Below are positions 13,929 to 28,355 of a stretch of 64,000 nucleotides of DNA, piece after piece (positions within the stretch are counted from its first letter, which is position 1; the number at the start of each line of letters is the position of its first letter). The position numbers and the translations under genes are program-made. The notes under the pieces are model-generated. The model worked only from the letters and a program-made list of their open reading frames with translations. It searched no databases and had not been told where the DNA came from. Location of the stretch: assembly GCA_964016885.1 (NCBI GenBank), contig OZ024740.1, positions 133,238,001 through 133,302,000 of the forward strand, in the 5' to 3' direction. This stretch comes from Eledone cirrhosa (lineage: Eukaryota).

Positions 13929-14039
13929 TGTTAATTCAAGCTTTATCTCGTTAATTCTCTTATATCGTCGATCATGTTCAAACGAATTACACCCGTGAGA
14001 ACCCTTTCGGTCTAACCTTTGGCGAGAAAACTCAAGCTA

Positions 14040-15000
14040 CAGACAAGAGAGCCCAAAGGGAAAGATCCCATACCATACTTCCCTCTGCATAGGTGATATC
14101 AATCGACATTCTTCCTTCCGCCAATGGGTCCACTAATGTACGTTCAGCAAACTGTAGCATCTCCCTCCATAACAAAATCCACAATCAATTGGGGAACTTC
14201 GTGCGTGCCGTGACCTCTGCAGGGCTGAAAGGCTGCTCATATCTTCCCCCAGTTGGTTGTCATCCGACACATTGATGACTTCCCAGATATCCAAGACCTG
14301 CATTGTTTCGAGAATTCACAGCTATTGCTGTTCCCTTCCCATATTGATATATACAGTGCGCAATTTGGTGTTTGACCCAGACACCGTCATCGACCTGCAA
14401 GGTTGGTGTGTTACCATAAAAGTATGTAACTCTATGTAGCAACGGCTCTTCGGCCTGTCTTAATAGTAGTGACATACCAAAACACTGTCTCAATGTCCAC
14501 TGTCTGTCACGACCACGATGTTGCGATATTTTCTTTCCACGTCACAAAAACACCGCTCTGAACAAGCGAGTGGTTCACGTTCTATGAATGAAGTATTGCC
14601 GGTTCCGGCTCAAGAAATATTTCGTTCAGTATTCATGTAATTTCATTTGAAGTCCCCGTCCTTGTCTTTATTTCACTGCATATTGCCAAATGCTCCGGTC
14701 CCAAATCGACAATCGAGGGATACGTTCCTTGCCCATAGTGCGTCATATCTACAGCCAATCTTTCTAGAGGTGTTTCACACATTTGGAGCGGGTTAAATTG
14801 ACTGACACTATCACAACACGGGTCACAATTTCTGATTGCTCTGTCTGGTGAGGTCGTAGTCAACCTTCCTAGGTGAGAACGGGCTCCTATCTACTCCCAT
14901 ATGGTGTAGGGTATGCTCTATCCTTAACACCGAGTCACTCAGCCGGCACGGTGCAACTACACTTCGGTCAGAACACCCTCTGGCACATCCAGACTGGCTT
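14040..15000 (-). mobile_element. Ty3/Gypsy LTR-retrotransposon integrase remnant
   Basis: ORF 14633-14863 ERLAVDMTHYGQGTYPSIVDLGP resembles the integrase core start (RLAxDxTHY...VDxGP); heavily decayed, boundaries approximate. Confidence 0.55.
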
Positions 15001-15740
15001 TCAGCATCCTGGTTATAACGTCTATGTTATACCTTTCCGAGAGCACAAAGACCACACTCAACTTAAGATTTAACTCAGCAACTACATCTAGAATTCCCAA
15101 ATTCTTTATTTAGATTTCTGTCATTTATTTCGTTCTTACTCTCCACTCGTCTGAGAACACATTTCTCACCCATCCAATACAGGGATTGGAATATAGATAG
15201 TATGCAGCCCCCATCACTGGGACTGCCTATTATACTTGAGCACGGCGTCAGGTTCAGCGATGTTGATACGGTTATAGGTGTCGTGCTACGTAAGTCAGGC
15301 TGCTTCAAGCAACTTGACACCCCCTTTTTCCAGAAATAAGGGGGAAAATATCCAATTCAAAAATAATTTGTTATAAAGGAAAAGCGTAATCTCACATACC
15401 TCGTTGCCTAAACCTGTCATCGATCTTTACCAGAAATCTCTACTTGCCTTACCATAGGCCAGAATACGTAGATCATATACTCAAAGTCAAATCACAGACA
15501 CGTACGATCGACAAGACAGCCCGAATACAGTATACTCCGACTCGGAAGGATGTGGGTTTCAGTAAGTCCTATTCCTACTACAAGTCCCTTCCACTTAACC
15601 TCACAAGCATGAAGACAACTATATCTATAATATATACACAGATACACGAATGAATAAATAGGTAACACTATTCAAGGTCTAGAGCAACTCAAATCCGTAT
15701 GACAAGTTTGAATATAATTATTAAAGCCAGTTACTACAAC

Positions 15741-15894
15741 GGCGCCATACTAGGTTCGTACGTTAAATTAGCCCCGAAAAATAACTTGTCCAACCTGTCT
15801 CAATTAAAACGAATCGATTCTTTTTCATAAGCTCAGGTTGGACAAGTTGGACCTCAGGGCTATCGAAATGTACGGACGAACCTGGTAAGTGACC
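15741..15894. mobile_element. Small MITE-like inverted-repeat element
   Basis: Outer imperfect IR (GGCGCCATACTAGGTTCGTACGT / ACGGACGAACCTGGTAAGTGACC) plus inner perfect 15-bp IR AACTTGTCCAACCTG / CAGGTTGGACAAGTT. Confidence 0.5.
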
Positions 15895-15934
15895 TTAATA
15901 ATTATATATGTATATATATTTACATTGTCATGCT

Positions 15935-16006
<72 letters not shown>

Positions 16007-16157
16007 CGGAAAAAGAGAAACGAAATTTCATTTCTCACTCTTATTCGGCGCGCCCGGCCGATTAACTCACTCGATATGCAAATTAGGCTGCTCAGCCGTT
16101 AATATGCATGAGGAAAGTATATACTTTCAGACGTTCAATCATCTGGCAGGAAGGTAT

Positions 16158-16200
16158 ACGTTACTGACGATAGCTAATAAGCTTGAAACTAATACAGCGT
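16158..16200 (+). ncRNA. Minimal type I hammerhead ribozyme, unit 1 (partly decayed)
   Basis: ACGTTA-CTGACGA-TAGCTAATAAGCTT-GAAAC-TA-ATA-CAGCGT. Confidence 0.55.
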
Positions 16201-16584
16201 TCCTTTGTCAGTGTTGAACAAATGAGCAACCATGGTTGCTAGACACTGTACGGCTTAATTCGAGATGTTTGTTTACAAACACAACGAGCATTATAATAAA
16301 TGTTCGGTGAATCCATACGTACATATATATATGTGTGCATGTATCTATATATATACATACTACTGTACGTCTGTATACATATATGCATGTACGTATACAT
16401 ACTTATATTTAAGTAACAGCCGTACTAAAAGTGAGAAATAAAATTTCGTTTCATTTTTTCCGTTTATCGTTTTCGCCGCGCCCGGCCGATTAACTCACTC
16501 GATATGCAATTAGGCTGCTCAGCGGTTAATATGCATAAGGAAAGTATACACTTTCAGACGTTCAACCATCTGGCAGTAAGGTAT

Positions 16585-16627
16585 ACGATGCTGACGATAG
16601 CTAATAAGCTTGAAACTAGTACAGCGT
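16585..16627 (+). ncRNA. Minimal type I hammerhead ribozyme, unit 2
   Basis: ACGATG-CTGACGA-stem II (AGCT/AGCT)-GAAAC-TA-GTA-CAGCGT; palindromic stem III ACTAGT; GUA cleavage triplet. Confidence 0.75.
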
Positions 16628-17020
16628 TCCTTTGTCAGTGTTGAACAAATGAGCAATGATGGTTGCTAGACACTGTACGGCTTAATTCGGGATGTTTGTT
16701 TACAAACACAACGAGCATTATAATAAGTGTTCGGTGAATCCATACGTACATACATATATATATATGTGCATGTATGTAAATATATATACATACTACTGTA
16801 CGTCTGTATACATATATGTATGTACGTATACATACTTATATTTAAGTAACAGCCGTACTAAGAGTGAGAAATGAAATTTCGTTTCATTTTTTCCGTTTAT
16901 CGTTTTCGGGGCGCCCGGCCGATTAACTCACTCGATATGCAAATTAGGCTGCTCAGCCGTTAATATGCATAAGAGGAAAGTATATACTTTCAAACGTTCA
17001 ATCATCTGGCAGGAAGGTAT

Positions 17021-17063
17021 ACGTTGCTGGCGATAGCTAATAAGCTTGAAACTAGTACAGCGT
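17021..17063 (+). ncRNA. Minimal type I hammerhead ribozyme, unit 3 (core CUGGCGA)
   Basis: ACGTTG-CTGGCGA-TAGCTAATAAGCTT-GAAACTAGTA-CAGCGT; stem I fully paired with one G-U. Confidence 0.6.
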
Positions 17064-17289
17064 TCCTTTGTCAGTGTTGAACAAATGAGTAACGAAGGTT
17101 GCTAGATACTGTACGGCTTAATTCGAGATGTTTGTTTACAAACACACCGAGCATTATAATAAATGTTTAGTGAATCCATACGTACATATATATATATGTG
17201 TGCATGTATGTATATATATATACATACTACTGTACGTCTGTATACATATATGTATGTACGTATGCATACTTATATATATATATGTATAA

Positions 17290-17360
<71 letters not shown>

Positions 17361-17372
17361 TTAATATAGATG

Positions 17373-17423
17373 AGATTCTACAGGACTAGAACTGTTTCAT
17401 TCTTTAGAAATCATCAGGAATCT
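17373..17423 (-). ncRNA. Type I hammerhead ribozyme (inverted copy of 24937-24987)
   Basis: Minus strand AGATTC-CTGATGA-TTTCTAAAGAAT-GAAACAG-TTCTAGTC-CTGTA-GAATCT. Confidence 0.75.
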
Positions 17424-17889
17424 GGGTATCAAAAAATAAACATGGTATTTATAGGTCTCTACAAGTGGTACGAGAGGGTGGGGAGTGGGATGGGTGTAGG
17501 TCATTGGTTGATAGAAAAGGGAATTCATTAAAAGTTAATTCTACAAAGCTATAGTTTATTTTTATTATTATTAATTTTTGCTTTTAGAGTAACAAAGGCA
17601 GACAGAATTCTATAAACAGGTTCCGGATGGCATACCATTCCTTGTCATTAAGTTTCTCTTAAGCTAACAGATGTCTATAAGATCAGTGGGGGGTCAGTCA
17701 TGGTAGATAGAATTAAAGGAAAGGGAGATTCTTTAAAAGCTAAATTCATTGAGGTTCTACTAAGTGACAAAGGTTTAGAGAATTCTGTAGACAGATTCAA
17801 AATACTGAGTGCATATCTTACAATTATCTTCGAACTTCTCTTAAACTAATCAAGTATATGCCAAAATCAATGGACACATTCACAAAAAA

Positions 17890-19740
<1,851 letters not shown>

Positions 19741-20377
19741 TACGCAGGCACATAAAAACACCTCTACAGGCAGAAAATGTAGATAGGAAAGAGGTACTCA
19801 CATAACCATAGTGGGAGTATTTAAGGTTGAGGAGGTATAGGGGCCTATAGGGGGAGGTCGTTTTTAGCCATCGGGCTTTAACACTGGCTTAAAGTGTTTG
19901 AAAGTTGCAAAGTTCTTGTGCATGCATTTCGGGCAGTGTTCAGAGAGTTTGTTCAGTAGCGGGCCCTTGGCGAATAAAATTTCGTAGCTCTCTGAAATAC
20001 AAAGGTCGCAGCCCTTGTGTCCTCCGTTGTAAGAGCACGCTTTCTGGAGTATTTTCCATTTAAGCGCGAAGGGGGTGGAGTTCCTTTTGAGGTCCCAAAC
20101 GTAGGAGGCGAGTGTTGTCTGATTTGATTTGTCCGGTCTTCTGAAGGAGTGGGTATGGGCATACCAACGGGTCTTAAAGTTGTTGGAGGTCATGCCGATA
20201 TAAGTTTTTTTGCAATCCTCGGTGCCCGAGATGACATCGCATTTGTATACGATATCATTTGTGAGGCATTTGTTTTCAAGTACGATATCATTTGTGAGGC
20301 ATTTGTTTTCAAGTGGGCATGCTTCCTTATTTAGGCAATTACATAGAGCCCCATCAAGAGACCATCATCAAGAAACC

Positions 20378-22522
20378 ATGCTGACCAAACTCGACATTGA
20401 TATTTCCTTGAAGAACATCCCTATCCCTCCAAGGAAACTATACTTAAAAACACTCATCGGACGTACCGACGAGTTCATCAAGCGAATTAGATGGAGGGCC
20501 TTCTTCCTCGACAACCCTGATGTAGCATCTACCAATGATGAGAAGTTCGGCTTCAAAACGAATAAGACACCACCCACCAACAGCCTACTCCAACTATTCG
20601 AAGAAGACCTCTTCAAGATGATCAAGGATATTAAATTCCGTAGAGCCACCACACCATTCCAGGCCTACTTAAATGCCGAATTACGGAATATAAAAAAATC
20701 CCCTAATCTTTATGTCTCCTCCGATAAAACCAAAAACGTTTATGAGGTAGACCCACAGACCTACAATAAGCTGGCAAAAAATACCATCACGACCACCTAC
20801 AAAAAGGTAATAGAGATGGCACTGACTGAGACAAACGCGGCCGGAAAAGAAATCGCCAAGTCCCTTAAATTACACGACCGAACCGGACCTTTAAGGGTAA
20901 GGACCCCGCACTTTACCCTGAAGGACCATAAGGGAAACTTCCTCAACAAACCATCAGTCAGACTTATCAACCCCACTCGTTCTGACATCGGCTCTATCAG
21001 TAAGAAGATCCTGGATAGAGTTCTACCATCATTGCGGGCAGCCTCACCACTTCCACTCTGGAGCAGAACATCTGAGGCAATATCATGGTTCCAAAAATTA
21101 CCCGACAAACACCACACTCGCTTCCTGCAACTCGACATAGAAAACTACTATGCCTCTATCTCGGAGCCCCTCCTGAAGGACGCAATTAACTTTGCCAGGA
21201 ATTTTACCACCATTACCGATGCTGAGCAAGTTGTTATCCTCCACGCTGGTAAGACCTTTCTATACCACGATGGATCTTACTGGATCAACAAGAAATCTCA
21301 GACCCCATTTGACGTTAGCATGGGGGCGAGTGACTCGGCTGAAATTAGCGACCTTGTGGGCCTGTACATCCTACATCACCTGAAGAACCTCTTTACCGGC
21401 CTAACGGGAGGTTTATACCGAGACGACGGCCTCTTCGCCCTGCATAAGGTTAACCCCAGAACCACCGATGGGTTTCGGAAAAACTTAAGCTCTTTCTTCT
21501 CTAATCTAGGATTTAGTATAACTATAGAATCTAATTTGACTAGGGCCAACTTCTTAGATGTCACTCTCGACCTAGATACTTCCCTCTATTACCCGTACCA
21601 CAAACCTAACGAGTCCCTTAAATATATTAATGTTAATTCAAACCACCCCCAAAACATCACTGATAACCTAGTAAAAAGCGTCTCTATTAGAATATCTGGC
21701 CTCTCCGCCAACAAAGATATTTTTAATGCATCTGCCTCCTACTACAATGACGCCCTCGCCCGTAGCGGATTTAAAGATAAGATAACTTACCTAGAAACCA
21801 ACGCAAGATTGCAGAGGAGGAATAGACATAGGCAGATTAGCTGGTACAATCCTCCCTTTAATAGAGAGGTATCTATTCCGATAGCTAGGATTTTCTTCAC
21901 TTTGCTGAAATTACACTTCCCCATACAACATAGGTACCACACCATCTTTAATAAGAACACAATAAGACTGTCTTACTCCACCACACCTAACCTAGCTAGG
22001 AATATAGCCAACCACAATTCTAAAAAATTAAATAAGCCAACCACCTCCGAACCCAATCCACTGACTGGGGCTCTATGTAATTGCCTAAATAAGGAAGCAT
22101 GCCCACTTGAAAACAAATGCCTCACAAATGATATCGTATGCAAATGCGATGTCATCTCAGGCACCGAGAATTGCAAAAAAACTTATATCGGCATGACCTC
22201 CAACAACTTTAAGACCCGTTGGTATGCCCATACCCACTCCTTCAGAAGACCGGACAAATCAAATCAGACAACACTCGCCTCCTACGTTTGGGACCTCAAA
22301 AGGAACTCCACCCCCTTCACGCTTAAATGGAAAATACTCCAGAAAGCGTGCTCTTACAACGGAGGACACAAGGGCTGCGACCTTTGTATTTCAGAGAGCT
22401 ACGAAATTTTATTCGCCAAGGGCCCGCTACTGAACAAACTCTCTGAACACTGCCCGAAATGCATGCACAAGAACTTTGCAACTTTCAAACATTTTAAGCC
22501 AGTGTTAAAGCCCGATGGCTAA
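20378..22522 (+). CDS. Penelope-like element (Naiad-type) RT + GIY-YIG endonuclease, about 714 aa, open frame
   Basis: [17 protein letters not shown] start, [49 protein letters not shown], linker [23 protein letters not shown]...FKTRW..H..SF, CDLC...LN...CMH; the ORF-track start at 20210 is read-through from the inverted arm. Confidence 0.92.
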   Translation: MLTKLDIDISLKNIPIPPRKLYLKTLIGRTDEFIKRIRWRAFFLDNPDVASTNDEKFGFKTNKTPPTNSLLQLFEEDLFKMIKDIKFRRATTPFQAYLNAELRNIKKSPNLYVSSDKTKNVYEVDPQTYNKLAKNTITTTYKKVIEMALTETNAAGKEIAKSLKLHDRTGPLRVRTPHFTLKDHKGNFLNKPSVRLINPTRSDIGSISKKILDRVLPSLRAASPLPLWSRTSEAISWFQKLPDKHHTRFLQLDIENYYASISEPLLKDAINFARNFTTITDAEQVVILHAGKTFLYHDGSYWINKKSQTPFDVSMGASDSAEISDLVGLYILHHLKNLFTGLTGGLYRDDGLFALHKVNPRTTDGFRKNLSSFFSNLGFSITIESNLTRANFLDVTLDLDTSLYYPYHKPNESLKYINVNSNHPQNITDNLVKSVSIRISGLSANKDIFNASASYYNDALARSGFKDKITYLETNARLQRRNRHRQISWYNPPFNREVSIPIARIFFTLLKLHFPIQHRYHTIFNKNTIRLSYSTTPNLARNIANHNSKKLNKPTTSEPNPLTGALCNCLNKEACPLENKCLTNDIVCKCDVISGTENCKKTYIGMTSNNFKTRWYAHTHSFRRPDKSNQTTLASYVWDLKRNSTPFTLKWKILQKACSYNGGHKGCDLCISESYEILFAKGPLLNKLSEHCPKCMHKNFATFKHFKPVLKPDG

Positions 22523-22741
22523 AAACGACCTCCCCCTATTGGCCCCTATACCTCCTTCCCACCCTACCCCCACCCCTCCACAACCTGAAATACGGCCACT
22601 ATGGTTATGTGAGTACCTCTTTCCTATCTACATTTTCTGCCTGTAGAGGTGTTTTTATGTGTCTGCGTATATGTGTATATTTATTGAGTACTTATTTATT
22701 TGTATGTGTATATATTTGTGTGCATGTGTGTATATGTATGT

Positions 22742-22787
<46 letters not shown>

Positions 22788-22841
22788 ATATCTGTTTTAT
22801 GTGTGTATATTTATGTATGTATGTGTGTGTATATATGTATA

Positions 22842-22900
<59 letters not shown>

Positions 22901-22927
22901 ATATATGTGTGTGTATGTGTATGTATG

Positions 22928-22963
<36 letters not shown>

Positions 22964-23043
22964 TATATGTGTATGTGTGTATGTGTGTGTGAGTGTATAG
23001 ATATATGTGTGTGTGTGCAGGTGTGTATATATATATATATGTA

Positions 23044-23114
<71 letters not shown>

Positions 23115-23273
23115 ATATATATATATTTGTGCGTGAGAGAGAGTATGTGTGTATATATATTTGTGTGTGTGTGTGTGTATGTGTGTATGCGTGTGTATAT
23201 ATATGTATATATGTGTGTATATATGCGTATATATGTTTGTACATATGTGTATATTTATGTATATGTATGTGTA

Positions 23274-23325
<52 letters not shown>

Positions 23326-23421
23326 TATATATATGCATGGGTATGTGTGTGTGTGTGTGTGTATATATGTGTATATGTGTGTGTGTGTGTATATGTGTGT
23401 GTATATGTATGTATGTGTATG

Positions 23422-23460
<39 letters not shown>

Positions 23461-23616
23461 ATATGTATATATGTATATATATTTGTATATGTATGTATGT
23501 ATGTATGTGTGTACGTGTGTATGTATGTGTGTGTGTGTGTATATATGTGTATATATATTGTGTGTGTGTGTATGTGTATATATATGTGTATATGTATATT
23601 TGTATATATATATATA

Positions 23617-23661
<45 letters not shown>

Positions 23662-23710
23662 GTGTGTATATATGTGTATGTATTTGTGTATATATGTATG
23701 TATGTGTGTG

Positions 23711-23760
<50 letters not shown>

Positions 23761-23778
23761 CATATGTATGAATGGTGT

Positions 23779-23888
<110 letters not shown>

Positions 23889-24120
23889 TTGTGTGTATGT
23901 GTGTGTATATGTATATATATATATATATATATGTGTGTATATATATGTATTATATATATATATATATATATGTGTGTATATGTATATATATATGTATGTG
24001 TATATGTATGTATATGTATACACATGTATATTTTTATATATATTTGTGTGTATGTATGTATGTGTGTGAGTGTATATATATGTGTATATATGTGGGTGTG
24101 TGTGTGTGTATATATATGTA

Positions 24121-24155
<35 letters not shown>

Positions 24156-24597
24156 GGGTGTGTATATATGTGTATATAAATATATTTATATATGTCTGTG
24201 TGTTTTTATGTGTGTATATGTGTATGTGTATGTGTGTTTATGGTTGCGCGCGAGTGTGTGAGTGAGTGTGTTTTTTTGTGAATGTGTCCGTTGATTTTGG
24301 CATATACTTGATTAGTTTAAGAGAAGTTCGAAGATAATTGTAAGATATGCACTCAGTATTTTGAATCTGTCTACAGAATTCTCTAAACTTTTGTCACTTA
24401 GTAGAACCTCAATGAATTTAGCTTTTAAAGAATCTCCCTTTCCTTTAATTCTATCTACCATGACTGACCCCCCACTGATCTTATAGACATCTGTTAGCTT
24501 AAGAGAAACTTAATGACAAGGAATGGTATGCCATCCGGAACCTGTTTATAGAATTCTGTCTGCCTTTGTTACTCTAAAAGCAAAAATTAATAATAAT

Positions 24598-24780
24598 TGT
24601 TTCTACTTTAGGCACAAGGCCAGCAATTACCCAGTACATTACTGGTACTTTATTTTATCGACCCCGTAAGGATGAAAGGCAAAGTCAACCTCGGCGGGAT
24701 TTGAACTCAGATCGTAAAGGGACGTAACTATGCTGGAAAGCATGGCGTCCGACCCTCTACCGATACTGCCAATCCACCGC
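24598..24780 (-). mobile_element. SINE inserted in the right arm only
   Basis: AAAAATTAATAATAAT duplicated on both sides (about 24582-24597 and 24781-24796); empty site in the left arm at about 17563-17582. Confidence 0.9.
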
Positions 24781-24936
24781 AAAAATTAATAATAATAAAA
24801 ATAAACTATATCTTTGTAGAATTAGCTTTTAATGAATTCCCTTTTCTATCAACCAATGACCTACACCCATCCCACTCCCCACCCTCTCCTACCACTTGTA
24901 GAGACCTATAAATACCATGTTTATTTGTTGATACCC

Positions 24937-24987
24937 AGATTCCTGATGATTTCTAAAGAATGAAACAGTTCTAGTCCTGTAGAATCT
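24937..24987 (+). ncRNA. Type I hammerhead ribozyme near the 3' end of the PLE unit
   Basis: Stem I AGATTC/GAATCT, core CTGATGA, stem II TTC-TAAA-GAA, GAAA, stem III ACAG/CTGT, GUA cleavage triplet. Confidence 0.78.
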
Positions 24988-25294
24988 CATCTATATTAAA
25001 ACTTTTATACTCTGCAATGTATTGAGTACCTTACTTACTGTGGTTACCTCCGATTCAACCCGGAATAACGTACTATATATATATATGTATATATATATAT
25101 ATACATTTATACATATATATATATAAGTATGCATACGTACATACATATATGTATACAGACGTACAGTAGTATGTATATATATATACATACATGCACATAT
25201 ATATATATATATGTACGTATATATATATATATGTACGTATATATATAAAGTGACGAAACATAAGTCAATTGCATGAACACATAATCCTTTATTT

Positions 25295-25339
25295 ACTGCT
25301 ATATATATTTCGATGACAGCCATGACCTCATCAGGCAGT
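25295..25339 (-). ncRNA. Minimal type I hammerhead motif in a TA-flanked insert (about 25248-25392)
   Basis: ACTGC-CTGATGA-GGTCATGGCTGTCATC-GAAA-TATATATA-GCAGT; 5-bp stem I; AUA triplet. Confidence 0.65.
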
Positions 25340-25391
25340 TAGTCAGTTGCTAGATATGCCGGCTCTGTGTTTTTGGTGTTGATGGTATCAG

Positions 25392-25423
<32 letters not shown>

Positions 25424-25440
25424 TTATATATATATATATA

Positions 25441-25556
25441 TAGTAACGAGTAGGACCCCGACGGCTGAGCTCAAGCCGTTTCGACGGCTAATTTAGTCTA
25501 GAATTAGCCGTCGAAACGGCTTGAGATCAGCCGTCGGGGTCCTATTCGTTCCTATT
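25441..25556. repeat. Fold-back palindrome (~52-bp arms) containing the 3' half of a hammerhead
   Basis: AACGAGTAGGACCCCGACGGCTGAGCTCAAGCCGTTTCGACGGCTAATT...AATTAGCCGTCGAAACGGCTTGAGATCAGCCGTCGGGGTCCTATTCGTT. Confidence 0.85.
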
Positions 25557-26489
25557 ACCCACTCTACTACCCTAAGTATTGAGTACTTTGGTGCGTTATG
25601 GTCCACCTGGTTCCTTACCACATTTCCTCCGTTATATATATATATATATATAATGATGACGATAGAAATAACATTTCCACATTTCCAGAAATCGACATAT
25701 ATTGTTGAAAATAGGATAGGGAGTAAAATAATATTCTGTAAGAAGGCCGTTTTCCTACAAATTATCGCTAAATTACTGGTCATTTTCCAAGACGTCTTAG
25801 TTCTTTTAACTACTAATATAACAAAACTAAATCCTGGGAGTCTAATTAACTATTTGCTTTTGGAAATTGAATATATCTCAAAGCTTTGGATTAACTTAAG
25901 GAGAATATAATATTACGTGTTGAGATGAAAAAAGAAAACAAAAACTTTATGAATTATAACCTTACGAGAGCGAAGAAATAAATGAATATAGTGAAAAAGA
26001 TATGATGATAGAGAGAGCGAAGGTGAGAGAGAGACTCAAGGAAGGAAAATGATTTACAGATACGTAGATAATGACAGACATATATTGAATGAAGCAATGT
26101 GTCTAATAAGAAGGCGGTTTCGGGGAACGCTTTGAAGATTATGCACAAACAGTTCATATTTGGCTTTTAATAAGCACTTGTGGCCAGAATGTCGAATGAT
26201 GATGCATTTCCTCGTGATTTGTGTTTTTATTGAGCCTTAATTAAATGGAATTATGCAAGTAGTTAAAGAGATACACATTTATTAGGTATGTTCTCGCTGG
26301 CTTGATAATTTGAATTAAAGCAGCTATCGCTACTATTTATAGACTTCCAGCTGACACATAACGATTACCTCGTGAAGAAACATGTTTTGAATTTGGCTTT
26401 TTACTAGAGCGAGTCGCTTAGATCTAAAATTTTATGTATCAATCTCCAGAATGTGATTAAATAACAAACCGTTTCAGTTCACTGAGTAT

Positions 26490-27130
<641 letters not shown>

Positions 27131-28249
27131 ATGTCTCTGTGTGCGTGTATGTATGCACCTAGACCCGGCTCTTACAGCACGCCTATGCAGATATAAAAAC
27201 AAAATAAACACACACACCACCATCGGGAAGAAATCATACACTTATTCCAACACAAATATATAATCACAAACAACACACGAACATTTCTGTTGTGAAAATA
27301 ATACAAACACACCAAAGAAAGCACATTCAGACTGATACGTACACACACATGCGCGTGCACACACACACATACACCTAATCTCCCCTTAACATTTATGGCA
27401 ATAAATGTTTTGTGACACTCCCTGACTATCCAACCTTCCATGAGCCTGCAATTGCATTACTTCTCTCTAAGTTGTTCTGACTCCATACACCACGTATTGC
27501 TTCTGACCAATTAGTAGTTCTACTATTAGCTCGAAGCTAAGCACACCATATTTTTCTTTCACCACAGATTTTTCATGATCAGGAACGCCATTTCTAGAAT
27601 TAGCTGCTATTCCAGTTTTCATACATCGTACACCAACACCATTCAAATGGTCCACACACACAAAAGTCATACATATTGCGCGATAACTATCAGCTGCTCA
27701 TGAAAACTACACAGCTACAGTATACACATACACAAATACACACACAAGCATACGAAATGATACATATGTACCGCAACTCACACAGATACCAGAACCATTC
27801 ATAGACCCAACATCACTGTACCCACATTCGGGGCACATTTTATTTTCTGTCTGCAGATATATTCATATAAAGGTTTATTAACAATGCTGTAATACATATT
27901 TCAATGGTGATCGTAGCGACGAGATTGTTCACTCAATATCATCAGACAGAAACTTATGAAATAAAGTTACGTTTCCGATGCAATCCAATCTAAGCTCAAG
28001 TTAACAGCCAGAAATAAATATTCCATACTCAAGGTCGGTTAAGATGGTGTTTCATAATATCCTGTGACTGGTTATAGGATTAAACAATCACGTAGCCACG
28101 ATTGCCATTGAAATATTTGTTAATAAAGGATTTTAAAAATCTACACTAAATTTCGCATTTTCCTTATTCTACATTTACTCCGTCACTAAGTGACAATTCA
28201 TATTTGGAAGAAAATACAAGACGATGAATGCTTAACGCGATTTACAGCA

Positions 28250-28355
28250 CCGCCGAGGTTGACTTTGCCTTTCATCCTTACGGGGTCGATAAAATAAAGT
28301 ACCAGTAAGGCACAGGGTAATTGCTGGCCTTGTGCCTAAAGTAGAAACAATTATT
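28250..28355 (+). mobile_element. 5'-truncated SINE copy
   Basis: CGCCGAGGTTGACTTTGCCTTTCATCCTTACGGGGTCGATAAAATAAAGTACCAG...AGTAGAAACAATTATT. Confidence 0.85.

Larger units (their letters stand above)
16006..17290 (+). repeat. Three tandem ~430-bp units, each with a hammerhead motif (retrozyme-like array)
   Basis: GCGCCCGGCCGATTAACTCACTCGATATGC recurs at about 16049, 16478 and 16911; ribozyme cores are spaced 427 and 436 bp; (TA)n on both sides. Confidence 0.9.

Noticed and set aside
16006-17290. Possible CRISPR-like array
   Set aside because: Whole ~430-bp units repeat with no unique spacers and no cas genes; eukaryotic context
20210-20377. N-terminal 56 aa of the 770-aa ORF
   Set aside because: Mostly antisense read-through of the inverted arm (compare ORF 21973-22176 on the minus strand); the likely start is the ATG at 20378
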